Assembly (NCBI GenBank): GCA_963801605.1
Contig: CAWDFP010000006.1
Coordinates: 1,248,001-1,312,000 of the forward strand
Length of the DNA: 64,000 nt
Reading direction: 5' to 3'
DNA from: an uncultured candidate division Zixibacteria bacterium
GTDB taxonomy: Bacteria > Zixibacteria > MSB-5A5 > UBA10806
Shown here: one piece after another, positions 43,721 through 54,755 of the stretch
Position numbering within the stretch: the stretch's first letter is position 1
Layout: each line of letters opens with the position of its first letter
The notes under the pieces: model-generated
What the model was told of the DNA's origin: nothing
Database searches by the model: none
Seen by the model: only the letters and a program-made list of their open reading frames with translations
Position numbers and translations under genes: made by a program

Positions 43721-44653
43721 TCACGGCGTTATGCAGCCGCAGTCTAAATCGGTGCAGCATTCGCATTCAAGCTGCAACGTGGCATGATGAATATTATAAT
43801 GCTCGCTGAGAAGTTCGCGGGCATTCTGCAGGATACGCTGCGAATCATGGGTCGATTGATTCGAAATATTAATATGAGCCGAAAGCGCTAGATTCGCCGA
43901 TGATATCGTCCAGACATGAAGGTCGTGAATCGATAAGACGCCCTCGATTTTTCCCAGATTTTTCTTGAGATCGTCGTAGCTTATCGATCTCGGTACGCCC
44001 TCCAAAAGGATATTGGCTCCTTCCCGAAGAACTCCGAACGCTCCCCAAAGGATTATTGCGCCTACAAAAAACGAAATTATCGGGTCCGCCATATAGTTGC
44101 CGGTAAATATCATAATTAAACCCCCGGCCACTACACCCACCGAACCTAACATATCGCCCACGACATGCAAAAAGGCCGCCCGTACATTGAGATTGTCCCC
44201 GGCGGCATCATGCAGCCTTTTCATAACGACCAGATTGGCTGCCAGGCCGATTACCGCCACAACCAGCATTAAGATAGAACGAACCGGTTCCGGATTAAGA
44301 AGCCTTTGATAAGCCTCGTAGAAAATATAACCCGCCAATGCAAATAGCGTCACCCCGTTTATTATAGCAGCCAGTACTTCCGCTCGATGATACCCATAAG
44401 TGCGTTTGGATGTAGGGGGGAGGCGTGATATTCTGGTCGCAAACAGGGATAGACCTAAAGCCAGAACGTCGCCAAAAAGATGTCCGGCGTCGGATTTTAA
44501 TGCCAGAGAGTTGGAGATAAATCCTCCCACTACCTCCAGCACAAATATTCCCACTGTAATTATCAGCGCCCACCAAAGCCGCTTTTCTATTTCTTGAGAA
44601 TGAGACCCGCTGTGATGGTTATGTTGATGGCCGTTATGATTATGCTCGTTCAT
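43721..44653 (-). CDS. CDF-family cation efflux transporter (CzcD/ZitB-like)
   Basis: His-rich N-terminus, SLALKSDAGH, HVVGD, HDLHVW, HATLQLE. Confidence 0.9.
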   Translation of the reverse strand: MNEHNHNGHQHNHHSGSHSQEIEKRLWWALIITVGIFVLEVVGGFISNSLALKSDAGHLFGDVLALGLSLFATRISRLPPTSKRTYGYHRAEVLAAIINGVTLFALAGYIFYEAYQRLLNPEPVRSILMLVVAVIGLAANLVVMKRLHDAAGDNLNVRAAFLHVVGDMLGSVGVVAGGLIMIFTGNYMADPIISFFVGAIILWGAFGVLREGANILLEGVPRSISYDDLKKNLGKIEGVLSIHDLHVWTISSANLALSAHINISNQSTHDSQRILQNARELLSEHYNIHHATLQLECECCTDLDCGCITP

Positions 44654-45081
44654 TCTATCGAAACCAACTCCAATCCATTTCTTTTCAATAGGGCTGCCGT
44701 CACTCCGATTCCGCTCGTCAAATGCCCTCTTATATATATCATGTTTACCCCGCAAGACGGGCTTTTTTCCTTAAGGATTGCTTTTTTGATTCCCAAGGTT
44801 AGCGCCAGATTCAAGGCCGCCTTTGCGCCATTGAGGAAACTTGCGGTAATATCCGTTCCCTTATCATCTTTTACTTTCGAAAACTCGTCAAGAACATCAT
44901 TCCCATCGCCTTTTTCAATCTCGGCGCGTGAACGAGGGCATGGTAATCCTCCATCCATTTCAGGGCAGATGGAATAGGTCTCGAAGCCCTTTAATCGCTC
45001 TTCGTAGCTGCCATCCAGCAATCTGGCGTCATAACGGCAGCGTTCGCCCAAAAGACAGCGGGATACCAGAACCTTTTCCAT
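44650..45081 (-). CDS. DUF523 / 2-thiouracil desulfurase-family Fe-S protein
   Basis: VSRCLLGERCRYD, CPEMDGGLPCPR, KSPSCG. Confidence 0.85.
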   Translation of the reverse strand: MEKVLVSRCLLGERCRYDARLLDGSYEERLKGFETYSICPEMDGGLPCPRSRAEIEKGDGNDVLDEFSKVKDDKGTDITASFLNGAKAALNLALTLGIKKAILKEKSPSCGVNMIYIRGHLTSGIGVTAALLKRNGLELVSIE

Positions 45082-45255
45082 GATTATTAAATATAGGATG
45101 TCATAGTATAAAGGCAATAAAAAAGACCGGGCTAAGCGCCAGATGAGTCTATACAATAATTTGAATATATATAAATTAACCATGATTTAGACTATGCCAT
45201 CCCCGGCCATACTATTAGCTTGCGATAAGTCGCCGGCAACTATTATAATCGGTGT

Positions 45256-45348
45256 GGAAGAGGATGGGGTCTGGTGGCCCCCGCGGCCTTCAAAGCCGTA
45301 GGCGGTCGGTGTTCCCGGTCGCGGGAGGTTCGAGTCCTCCCCCTTCCG
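45256..45348 (+). tRNA. selC: tRNA-Sec (UCA), CCA not encoded
   Basis: 6-bp D stem with UGGU loop, anticodon loop CUUCAAA, 8-bp variable stem, T arm GGAGG-TTCGAGT-CCTCC, G discriminator; upstream of selD/A/B. Confidence 0.92.
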
Positions 45349-45371
45349 CTTTTTTATCAGGCATACTTCAA

Positions 45372-47345
45372 ATGAATGAGCCGAAATTGACAACTCGCGA
45401 CGATTCAACCTGGTTTAATCTTATAATTCTTCTCCTGGCCTCCGTTTCAATTATGGCTTCGTTCAACCCTCAGTGGCATCTCTGGGGACTTGATTCCGCC
45501 AAAATATTCCCAATATGGATAAGGTTTGTTATCCTCGCGCTTTTGCTGGTATTTACGATACCTAAAATAAATCGTCCCGTTGGAGACGCCCTTTCCAATC
45601 TCCTCGAAGGATTAGATACAACCCGCTTGAGCTTAATCTATTCCATTCTCGCAATCGCCTTAGTTGTTCTTTTCGTGCTTTACTCCTCTAAAAATCATTT
45701 TATGGGTGATGGTTACGCTATTCTTGGATGCATTAAAGTCGGTATCAAATTTTTCCCGGCTGAGCCTCTTGATTACTATCTCCATCAGGGAATAGCCCGT
45801 ATCCTGGGAACAACTGAAAGAGCTTTTTACTGGTCTTACGCCGGATGGTCTTACCTGTGCGGCATATCCTTTCTGATCGCGCTCTATTATTTTATCGAGG
45901 ATAAAGCTAAGTTAATTTTATCATTGGCGGTCATTTCCTGTTTTGCGGTCCTGCAATTTTTCTTCGGATACGTTGAAAACTACACCTTTCGATTTATTTT
46001 TATGTTCTTCTATTCTCTTTCTGCCATTAAGGATTTGGGAAAAAACAAGATCTCGCCTCTTACAATTGTCTTGCTCGCCTTCGCGATTCCCTTTCATCTA
46101 AGCAGCGCCGTATTGGTGCCGTCGGCGGCCTATCTCGCTTTGGGAAAATACTCTGACCGCCAGAGATATTTATACCTGTCCATTGCAGCTATTGCCGGCT
46201 TGGTGCTCGGAGCTGTTTATCTGATGATTTTTAGCCACGTCAAGCTCCTTAGAATTATCGTACCAATCCTGCCGACATCGACCAACCCCTATACGCTATT
46301 CCTCGGCCAGCATTTTATCGATCTGGCAAACTGGTTTCTTCTGTCAAGCCCGCTTCTCTTATCTATATTTTTAATAAAAGGTTTAAGGGAAAAATTCTTT
46401 CATCCTTTCTATTTATTGCTAATCGGACCAGCCATTATATTTACGCTTCTTGTAGATCCTATTCTCGGCGCTTATCGTGATTGGGATCTGATGTCAATAG
46501 CCGCTGCCCCCCTTATGGCCTTTTTTATTGATACTTTGATTCTGAACAAAGCTCAGGAATCTATCCGCACTTATGCTATATTTCCCACTCTTCTCCTCTT
46601 TGGCCTGCTTCACACCGGTGGCTGGATTGCTCAGAACGCCTCATCTGACGCCTCCTACGCCAGCGTCAAATTAGCTCTTCGTCAGGATATCCACTATTCG
46701 AAAGCCTGCAGTCATGGTGACCGTAATAAATCCTGGGCATATCTGGTCGCTAAATATAAAAACGATACCAAAGAAGTCGTCTGGGCTGCATCCGAAAGAT
46801 ACGCCGGCGATCCGGATGATACCCTCAATACTTATCAGCTTGCGGGCGCTTATCTTCTCGATGGCGATACCGCTCAGGCCATCAATATTATTTCGGAAAA
46901 TAAAGTTCGTTTCAATGGCAATATTAGCGCCGTATCTTCAATGTCTTGGACTATGGCTATGGCCGGCCGTTACTCCGAAGCCGAACAGATGTGCCATAGT
47001 TATCTTTCATTAAAAGGGGGAGAGCCTCATATCTTTTTCGGCCTGGGAAATATCAAACAGCTCGAGGGTCAGACCGATTCCTCATTTTACTATTTCGATA
47101 AAGCTTATGAACTCGATTCCGATTCCACCCTTTCAAAACAATTCAAATTGTATCTCGATTCGTTTTTATTCGGTTACGACAAGCTGGCGCGCTCCGGGCT
47201 TGAAAGGATATTGCTCAAACTCGATCCCGGCCCCAAATCGCTGGCCATCGAAATATTAAGGGACCTCAACGAGCCTGATCCCGTCAAAGCCGATTCGCTT
47301 AAAACGGCTACCAGAACCTATCTGAAACAACAGGGCTTTTACTGA
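45372..47345 (+). CDS. Polytopic membrane protein with C-terminal TPR-like domain
   Basis: Many hydrophobic segments followed by helical TPR-like repeats; start moved past the tRNA. Confidence 0.7.
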   Translation: MNEPKLTTRDDSTWFNLIILLLASVSIMASFNPQWHLWGLDSAKIFPIWIRFVILALLLVFTIPKINRPVGDALSNLLEGLDTTRLSLIYSILAIALVVLFVLYSSKNHFMGDGYAILGCIKVGIKFFPAEPLDYYLHQGIARILGTTERAFYWSYAGWSYLCGISFLIALYYFIEDKAKLILSLAVISCFAVLQFFFGYVENYTFRFIFMFFYSLSAIKDLGKNKISPLTIVLLAFAIPFHLSSAVLVPSAAYLALGKYSDRQRYLYLSIAAIAGLVLGAVYLMIFSHVKLLRIIVPILPTSTNPYTLFLGQHFIDLANWFLLSSPLLLSIFLIKGLREKFFHPFYLLLIGPAIIFTLLVDPILGAYRDWDLMSIAAAPLMAFFIDTLILNKAQESIRTYAIFPTLLLFGLLHTGGWIAQNASSDASYASVKLALRQDIHYSKACSHGDRNKSWAYLVAKYKNDTKEVVWAASERYAGDPDDTLNTYQLAGAYLLDGDTAQAINIISENKVRFNGNISAVSSMSWTMAMAGRYSEAEQMCHSYLSLKGGEPHIFFGLGNIKQLEGQTDSSFYYFDKAYELDSDSTLSKQFKLYLDSFLFGYDKLARSGLERILLKLDPGPKSLAIEILRDLNEPDPVKADSLKTATRTYLKQQGFY

Positions 47346-47419
47346 TCCACTTTCAATTCGCTTGAAATGCATGATGAAAAAGCGTTATATTCGCCCTAAG
47401 CTCTAAGTTGAAGGGTTTT

Positions 47420-48475
47420 ATGGATAAGAAAGAAGAGATATTCAGGCTGACTCAATATGTCGCCTGCGCGGGGTGAGCGTCAAAATTGGCGCGAAGCGAC
47501 CTCGCCCAGGTGCTGGGCGACCTGAAATTACGTGGAAATAAAAATGTGATCGTTGGCCCGGAGCTTTTTGATGATGCCGGCGTCGTCAGGCTTTCCGATG
47601 AGCTTGCCATTGTCACCACCGTGGATTATTTCACACCGGTAGTTGATGATGCTTTCGATTTTGGCGCCATCTCGGCCGCCAATTCGCTCTCCGATCTCTA
47701 CGCTATGGGCGGCTGGCCGATCTCGGCCTTAAATATTGTCGGCTTTCCGAATAATACGTTGCCCCTTTCGGTTCTGAGGGACATTATCAGAGGGGGGCTT
47801 GATGTGGCCACTGAGGCAGGGATACCGATAGTAGGCGGCCATACGGTCAAATCGCCTGAACCGTTCTACGGTCTTTCGGTCACCGGCGGTGTTCATCCTG
47901 ATAAGATTCTCACCAACGCTACCGCCCGACCCGGCGACTATCTCTACCTCACTAAGCCTATTGGAACCGGTCTTGTTACTACGGCCCAAAAGAACGGCAA
48001 GTGCAAACCGGCGTGGCTTAAAGCGGCCGTTGCGGAGATGAAAACGCTTAATAATGCGGCGTCGGAAGCTGTCTTGAAGGTTGGCAATTGCGCTGTTACC
48101 GACGTAACCGGCTATGGTCTTTTGGGACATCTTTGCCAGATGATGGCCGCCTCTGGAGTTTCGGCATTGCTCGATTATAGCAAAGTACCGCTTTTGCCCG
48201 GAGCGCTGGAATTAGCCAGGGAAGATGAATTCCCCGGCGGTAGCCGTTCTAATCTGTTAAGTTGCGAACCAGATATGGAATGGTCCGGCCATTTCGAAAA
48301 ATATGAGAAATTGATACTTGCTGATGCTCAAACATCGGGCGGCCTGCTTATTTCAGTCAAAGCCTCATTAGCAGCCAAACTCGAATCGGAGCTCAAAAAA
48401 AGGCAAGTTAAGCACGTTCGTATCGGAGAAATCCAGGACAAAGCAAAATGGCTGATAAAAGTCGTAAAAGGGTAA
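47420..48475 (+). CDS. selD: Selenide, water dikinase SelD, selenoprotein (Sec at UGA 47474-47476)
   Basis: MDKKEEIFRLTQYVACAG-U-ASKL in frame with the downstream ORF (DDAGV, TVDYFTP, GGHT, DVTGYGL, DAQTSGGLL). Confidence 0.93.
47502..47520 (+). promoter_or_regulatory. Bacterial SECIS-like hairpin
   Basis: TCGCCCAG-GTG-CTGGGCGA, G-led apical loop about 33 nt after the UGA. Confidence 0.65.
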
Positions 48476-49845
48476 AGTCCAAAGCATCTCCAATAGCGTC
48501 AAACAAGAATCTGCGCAATTTCCCGAGCGTCTCCTCGATTCTTGAAGATAGCGCGGTTAAATCCTTGATCGAAAATTGGTCATTTCCATTCGTGTCTTCA
48601 GAATTAAAAAAGTTATCTTCGGAACTTAAAAAAAGATCCATTTCCGACGGCGCCATTCCCACTTCAGCCGATTTCGTGGCCGAGCTTCAGGATATATTTA
48701 AATGTTATGCGCGCGAGCTTATTCAACCCGTTATCAATGGCACCGGAGTTATCCTGCATACCAATCTGGGCCGCGCTCCGATCTCTTCAGACGCCTACGA
48801 GGAGCTAATCGACGCCGTTACCGGTTACTCCAATTTGGAATTTGATCTCGACTCGGGAAAACGGTCTAAACGCGGCCGCATGCCAGGACGGCTTCTCGCG
48901 GCGTTATCCGGCGCCGAATCGGGTATGGCCGTTAATAATAATGCTGCCGCTGTTTTTCTCATTGTGGCAAATCTCGCCGGGTCGGGACGAGAAGTCATCA
49001 TATCGCGCGGGCAGTTGGTCCAAATCGGAGGCGGTTTCCGAATACCGGATATCATCGAACGTTCCGGCGCAATCCTGAAAGAGATCGGTACCACTAACAA
49101 AACATCTCTTTCCGATTATCAGCGCGCGATCAATAAAAATACCGGCCTGATTCTCATTGTGCATAAAAGCAATTTTGTTCAAAAAGGCTTTACCGAGGAA
49201 CCCGAACCTTCCCGCATCGTCGAAATTGCCAAATTGAAAAAGGTTCCCGTATGCTATGATCTTGGGTCGGGCTTGATAGATAAAAATGATTCATCGATAG
49301 AGTTTGCTGAGCCAACCGTATCATCAGCTTTTCATTCGGGCGCCGATCTGGTTTGTTTTTCGGGCGATAAGCTTCTGGGTGGACCGCAGGCCGGCTTGAT
49401 TATCGGACGGGAGAAACTCATCTCGGCCCTGCTGAAAGACCCGCTATATCGTACGTTCCGTCTCGATAAGCTTACCATCGGCCTTCTGGAGCGTGCTCTT
49501 CTCAGCCATTTGCGCGGCGATGCCTTGCCATGCTGGGAATTGGCAACTCGTCCTATCGATGAGCTAAAGCAGATTTCAAATGAGATAGTAACATCAGTCA
49601 ACAGCCCGGCGATCAGCGCCGTCGCCCTTAAAAGCTCTTTTGGAGGCGGTTCGCTTCCGGAATACGAATTTGAGAGTTACGGTCTTAAGATCACGGGCGA
49701 TCCGGTTGCCATATCTCAAAAGCTGTTAGAATATCATATTCCGGTGGTCTGCCGCACGACCTCCGATGGAATATTAATCGATATGCGCACCGTAATGCCG
49801 GAGCAGATAAATATTCTTTTTGACGCCATAAAATCATGTTTGTAG
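48448..49845 (+). CDS. selA: L-seryl-tRNA(Sec) selenium transferase
   Basis: INGTGVILHTNLGRAP, VNNNAAA, GGGFRIP, FSGDKLLGGPQAG. Confidence 0.95.
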   Translation: MADKSRKRVKSKASPIASNKNLRNFPSVSSILEDSAVKSLIENWSFPFVSSELKKLSSELKKRSISDGAIPTSADFVAELQDIFKCYARELIQPVINGTGVILHTNLGRAPISSDAYEELIDAVTGYSNLEFDLDSGKRSKRGRMPGRLLAALSGAESGMAVNNNAAAVFLIVANLAGSGREVIISRGQLVQIGGGFRIPDIIERSGAILKEIGTTNKTSLSDYQRAINKNTGLILIVHKSNFVQKGFTEEPEPSRIVEIAKLKKVPVCYDLGSGLIDKNDSSIEFAEPTVSSAFHSGADLVCFSGDKLLGGPQAGLIIGREKLISALLKDPLYRTFRLDKLTIGLLERALLSHLRGDALPCWELATRPIDELKQISNEIVTSVNSPAISAVALKSSFGGGSLPEYEFESYGLKITGDPVAISQKLLEYHIPVVCRTTSDGILIDMRTVMPEQINILFDAIKSCL

Positions 49846-51702
49846 TTGGAACCGCCGGACATATAGATCACGGTAAATCGTCGCTGGTTCTTAAAATGAC
49901 CGGCATCGATCCCGACCGTTTGCCCGAGGAAAAAGAACGCGGCATGACGATTGACCTCGGCTTTGCCTGGGCGGAATTACCGTCAGGGCGCCAGATCGGT
50001 ATCGTTGATGTGCCCGGGCATGAACGCTTTGTAAAAAACATGGTTGCGGGCGTGGGAGGAATTGACGCCGTCATTTTTGTCATCGCCGCTGACGACGGCT
50101 GGATGCCGCAATCCGAAGAGCATTTCCAGATCATAAATCTGTTGGGCATCAAAACCGGTTTGGTCGCTTTAACAAAAAAAGATTTGGTCGATGAGGAGTT
50201 TATCGATCTCCAGATCGAGGCCATCCGCACCCGGCTTCAGGGAAGCTTTTTAGAGAATTGCCCGATTGTACCCGTATCCAATACCACCGGCGACGGAGTC
50301 CGACAGGTGCTCGAATCTCTGGATAAGGTTTTATCGGATCAAATGCAGCGTCCTGATATTGGCGCGGCCCGCCTCTTCATCGACCGCCGTTTCACCATAC
50401 AGGGGATGGGCACCGTGGTTACCGGCACTCTTCTTGGAAGGGAAATTTACGGTCGACCAGCAGGTCGAAATCCAGCCATCGGGAGCCAAAAGCCGTATCA
50501 GAAATTTGCAGACTCATAAACACAAACTGAACGAGGCCACCCCCGGCAGCCGCGTTGCCATTAATTTGGCCGGCATTGAAAAAAGCGCTATCGACAGGGG
50601 AGAGGCAGTCTGTTTGCCAGGCACCATCGTTCCCACGCAAAGGATCGCCGCCGAGCTTTCGCTTCTTGAAAGCGCCAAACTCGCTCTTAAAAACGGCTTT
50701 GAGGTGTCATTCCTTCTGGGCACTGCCGACGTTTTAGGACGAATATATTTTATCGATACCGAGACCATCAAACCGGGCCAAACAGGATTTGTGAAAATAA
50801 AACTCAACGATCCCGTTGCAGCCAAACTTGGAGATCGATTTATCATCCGCCGTATTAGCCCTCAGGATACCATTGGCGGCGGAGTCGTCCTCGATACCGA
50901 TTTCTTGCCGAGTGTCAAGGACAAAGCCCTGCAAAAACAAATCCTTGAAAAAAGGAATAACCTGAGCGCGGAAAACATCATCCTGACAGAATTTGATAAG
51001 GCCATCAGGGTGCCGCTTAATAAAATCTATCAGAACATTCCCTTTACCCGTCAATCAATGGAAGTCGCCGTCAAAACCCTTATGGATCGAAAAGAACTGG
51101 TCATATTCGGCGAAAGCATTCTCTCCCGAAAAGCGCTCGATAAATTCCTCGGGCCTGCTATGGCCATCATCGAGGCCGACCATCAGCTTCGACCCTGGTC
51201 CGATGGTTTAGAACCCGGTATAATCGCCAAGAAACTCAAACTAACTCCCGAGCAGCTTCCGGCAGTTGTAGACTATCTGGTGTTAACCGGCAAAATTACT
51301 CATGACAAAGGCTTTCTCAAGCTTGCGGGCCACGAGGCACAACTAAATCCCGATCAGCTTCGTTTGCAGGGACGGCTGAACGCCCGCTTGTCGGCCAGCC
51401 CCCTATCCGCTCCCACCCGAAAAGATTTTATCGATGAGGACCCTAAGTATGAGGTCGTCATCAATTTTTTGCGCGATAAGGGAGATATCATTGAGCTTAA
51501 GGGAGGAATACTATTTACTCGGCGTGATTTCGATCAGATAATCCGAAGCCTGAGCGATTATCTTAAGAGCGCCGGTAAGGCCACCGCCTCCGATCTAAAA
51601 ACGCATCTTAAATCCAGCCGCAAATATGTAATCCCGATCCTGGAAAAACTCGATCAGATGGGCATTACTGTCCGTGAAGGCGATTACCGCAGGCTCGCCT
51701 GA
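49836..51702 (+). CDS. selB: Selenocysteine-specific elongation factor; +1 frameshift at ~50436
   Basis: GTAGHIDHGKS, RGMTIDLGF, DVPGHE; C-terminal SRKYVIPILE..D..G.T.R winged helix in the shifted frame. Confidence 0.92.
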
Positions 51703-51728
51703 CTTTAGCCTCAAAAGTGAGTATAACC

Positions 51729-53321
51729 ATGGATAATAATAAAATCTTCATCAATGGCCGATTCCATACCTGCGATTTCGCAACCGACGGTACCCAGGCA
51801 ATTGCCGTCGAAAACGGAATTATCACTCAGGCAGGCGATAACACCACCATCAAGCCTCTGGCTCAACGGGGATTTGATGTTATCGATCTCAAAAATAAGC
51901 GTGTTTTACCGGGGCTTATCGATGCCCATCTTCATTTCCTGAGTCTGGGGCAAAGTTTCAATCGCGTTAATCTCGATGGTGTTGACTCACTCGATAAAGT
52001 AAAAAATAATCTGCGTAATGCCGTCGCTAATCTTTCGCCCGGTCAATGGCTTCTGGGACGGGGCTGGAATAAAAACCTCTGGGGTGATGCTTTCCCCGAT
52101 AAAAGCATTTTAGATAATATTACTAATCATCCGGTAGCCCTGAGAAGCAAAGATGGTCATCTCCTTTGGGTTAATTCCGCCGCCCTGGAATTCTTCGGAA
52201 TCGATAAAAATACTCCTGATCCTCCCGGCGGTGTTATTGATAAAGATCGCTCAAGGCGTCCCAACCGGCATCCTCAAAGAAAACGCCGCGGATAATGCTA
52301 GCGAACTAATTCCCAAACCTTCATATCAGGACAATCTCACATCGATCAAAGCCGCTCAAAATCATCTATTAAAACTTGGTATAACCGGTGTCGGTGATTG
52401 CGATGAGGAAGCCGACCTGTTCAAGGCTTATAACGAACTCGATCAGCAAGGCCAGCTCCATGCTTCGAGTCTTTAAGATGATTTCAAGAGATGGTTTTCG
52501 TAAGGCTATCGAATTAAAACTCAAGACCGGCGATCGGAAGCGAGCATTTTCGAACTGGATGCCTTAAGCTTTTTGCTGATGGCGCTCTTGGTTCCCAATC
52601 CGCATTAATGTTCGAACCATACGACCATTCCTCCGGAAACTACGGTGTTGAAACCCTTAATCAATCCGGTATTGAGGAGTATGTCCGCACTGCCCTTGAT
52701 GCCGAAATTTCCATTGCCATCCATGCCATCGGGGATAAAGCCAATTATCAGGCGCTAAGCGCCATCGGCAAATATCAACCGGACTATCAGAGGCAAAACC
52801 TCAAACCGCGCATCGAACACGCTCAATTGTTGCGGAAATCTGATATCGATCTATTCAAGGTATACAATATTATCGCATCGGTGCAGCCGATTCACGCCAC
52901 CTCCGACCGTGATACCGCCGACAGGTATTGGGGACAGCGTTCGCGCTACGCCTATCCGTTTAGAACGTTCCTTGAAACCGGTATAAGAATGGCATTTGGT
53001 TCTGACGCTCCTATCGAAACCGCTAACCCCCTGGCCGGAATTCACGCCGCGGTGACTCGTCAGCGCGCCAGTGAAAACCGTCCTGGATGGTATCCCGAAG
53101 AGACAATTACCGCGAATCAAGCCGTAGACGCTTATACCAGGGGATCGGCCTATGCGTCATGCTTTGATGATATCTGCGGAAGTATCTCAATTGGCAAACG
53201 CGCCGATTTGGTTGTCTTGTCCGATGATATCTTTGAGATCGAGCCATCCCAAATTGCGCAAACCGAAGTCCTGATGACCATTATCGACGGCAAAACTGCT
53301 TTTTCCCGGGATTCCTGGTAG
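51729..53321 (+). CDS. YtcJ-like amidohydrolase (Amidohydro_3); three +1 frameshifts (~52248, ~52458, ~52535)
   Basis: PGLIDAHLH, TGILKE, KLFADGALGS, IHAIGDKA, RIEHAQ, FGSDAP. Confidence 0.8.
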
Positions 53322-53345
53322 GTCAAATCTCTTCGGAGATTTGAC
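53318..53345. repeat. GTAG-tagged REP-like palindrome
   Basis: GTAG-GTCAAATCTC-TTCG-GAGATTTGAC; 27 of 28 nt identical to 13262-13289; the GTAG contains the stop codon. Confidence 0.7.
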
Positions 53346-53408
53346 ATTCATCTTATCATTTCCGATAATACTTGACAACCGGTCCTATTCTGGGCTAAAT
53401 TATATGCA

Positions 53409-54731
53409 ATGAAAAAAATATTTATCGTTCTATTCATCCTGATGGGTGTCTCTGCTCTATTAGCACAGGATACCACAAAATCAGTTGCTAAAGCCCTTTC
53501 CAATGAGCGATCGGGCCGCACCGTCACGATGCTAAAAATCCAATCTGCCATTGGTCCGGTAACGACTCGGGAAATTGCCGCCGGTATCCGCCACGCCCAA
53601 AAAACTGACGCTGAGGCTCTGGTAATCGAACTCAATACGCCCGGCGGTCAGATGGAGGCTACTTGGGATATCATTCGTGAGATTCTCGCCTCCGAAGTTC
53701 CCGTGGTAGTCTATGTCTATCCGCCCGGATCGCGCTCGGCTTCCGCCGGCGTCTTTATCACTTATGCCGCCCATATCGCTGCCATGGCGCCTCAAACCAA
53801 TATCGGATCAGCTCATCCGGTTGGCATGGGTGGCGCCAATATCGATTCTACTCTGGGTGAGAAGGTTACCAATGACGCCGTCGCCAAAATCAAAACTCTC
53901 GCCAGCAAACGCGGCCGCAATATGCAGTGGGCTGAGGATGCTGTCAGGAAATCGGTTTCGATTACGGAATTCGAAGCTGTCAAAGAGAATGTCGTCAATC
54001 TGGTCGCCGCCGATATCGAGGACCTGTTAGCTAAAATCGATGGCGATACGGTCGATGTTGTTTCCGGCACACGCGTTCTTCATACCAGCGGAGCTAAAAT
54101 TGACGAAATCAGTATCGGTTTTGCCAATCAACTGCTCGAAGTGATTTCCGATCCCAATATCGCATATATTCTCATGGCAATCGGTATGCTGGGGCTTTAT
54201 TTCGAGTTCGCCAATCCCGGCGCTGTGTTGCCTGGTGTTATCGGAGGTATTTCCCTGATACTGGCCTTATTCTCTTTTCAGGCTTTGCCGATTCGCTTTG
54301 CCGGAGTCTTGTTGATTATATTGGCTATGATTTTGTTTCTGCTGGAAGTTAAAATTACGAGCCACGGAATTTTAGGAGGTGGTGGCGTGTTAAGCCTCTT
54401 TTTTGGTTCGCTGATGTTGGTTAATGATACCGAATGGCCTTATAAAGGGATCTCTCTTTCTGTTATAATCCCAACGGTTATTGTCTTTACCGGCTTTTTC
54501 TTTTTGGCCGCCTATATGGCAATGCGCACTTTCAAACGCAAGGTGACCACCGGCGAGGCAGGATTGAAAGGGGAGATCGCACTTACCAAAACGCCGGTTG
54601 GCCCCGATGGTGGCAAAGTGTTCGTTCACGGCGAATGGTGGCAAGCGGTTTCGGACCAGGCCATTGGGCCTGACAAAAAGGTGCGAGTTATCGAGGTTCG
54701 CGACCTGGTGCTGAAAGTGGAATTGATGTAA
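53409..54731 (+). CDS. nfeD: Long-form NfeD membrane-bound protease
   Basis: LNTPGG, ASAG, IGSAHPV, TM region, C-terminal OB fold (GKVFVHGEWWQA). Confidence 0.9.
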   Translation: MKKIFIVLFILMGVSALLAQDTTKSVAKALSNERSGRTVTMLKIQSAIGPVTTREIAAGIRHAQKTDAEALVIELNTPGGQMEATWDIIREILASEVPVVVYVYPPGSRSASAGVFITYAAHIAAMAPQTNIGSAHPVGMGGANIDSTLGEKVTNDAVAKIKTLASKRGRNMQWAEDAVRKSVSITEFEAVKENVVNLVAADIEDLLAKIDGDTVDVVSGTRVLHTSGAKIDEISIGFANQLLEVISDPNIAYILMAIGMLGLYFEFANPGAVLPGVIGGISLILALFSFQALPIRFAGVLLIILAMILFLLEVKITSHGILGGGGVLSLFFGSLMLVNDTEWPYKGISLSVIIPTVIVFTGFFFLAAYMAMRTFKRKVTTGEAGLKGEIALTKTPVGPDGGKVFVHGEWWQAVSDQAIGPDKKVRVIEVRDLVLKVELM

Positions 54732-54755
54732 TGCAAATTATAAACGGAGGATGGA

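Noticed and set aside
43690..43723. UGA readthrough at the Cys-rich CDF C-terminus
   Set aside because: The following hairpin is short, too close to the UGA and lacks a G-led loop; the protein is already full length.
45252..45371. First 40 codons of the 697-aa ORF
   Set aside because: They overlap tRNA-Sec; ATG 45372 is the plausible start.
50430..50445. Programmed frameshift in selB
   Set aside because: Same +1 insertion pattern as ten other sites in unrelated genes; sequencing error is more parsimonious.
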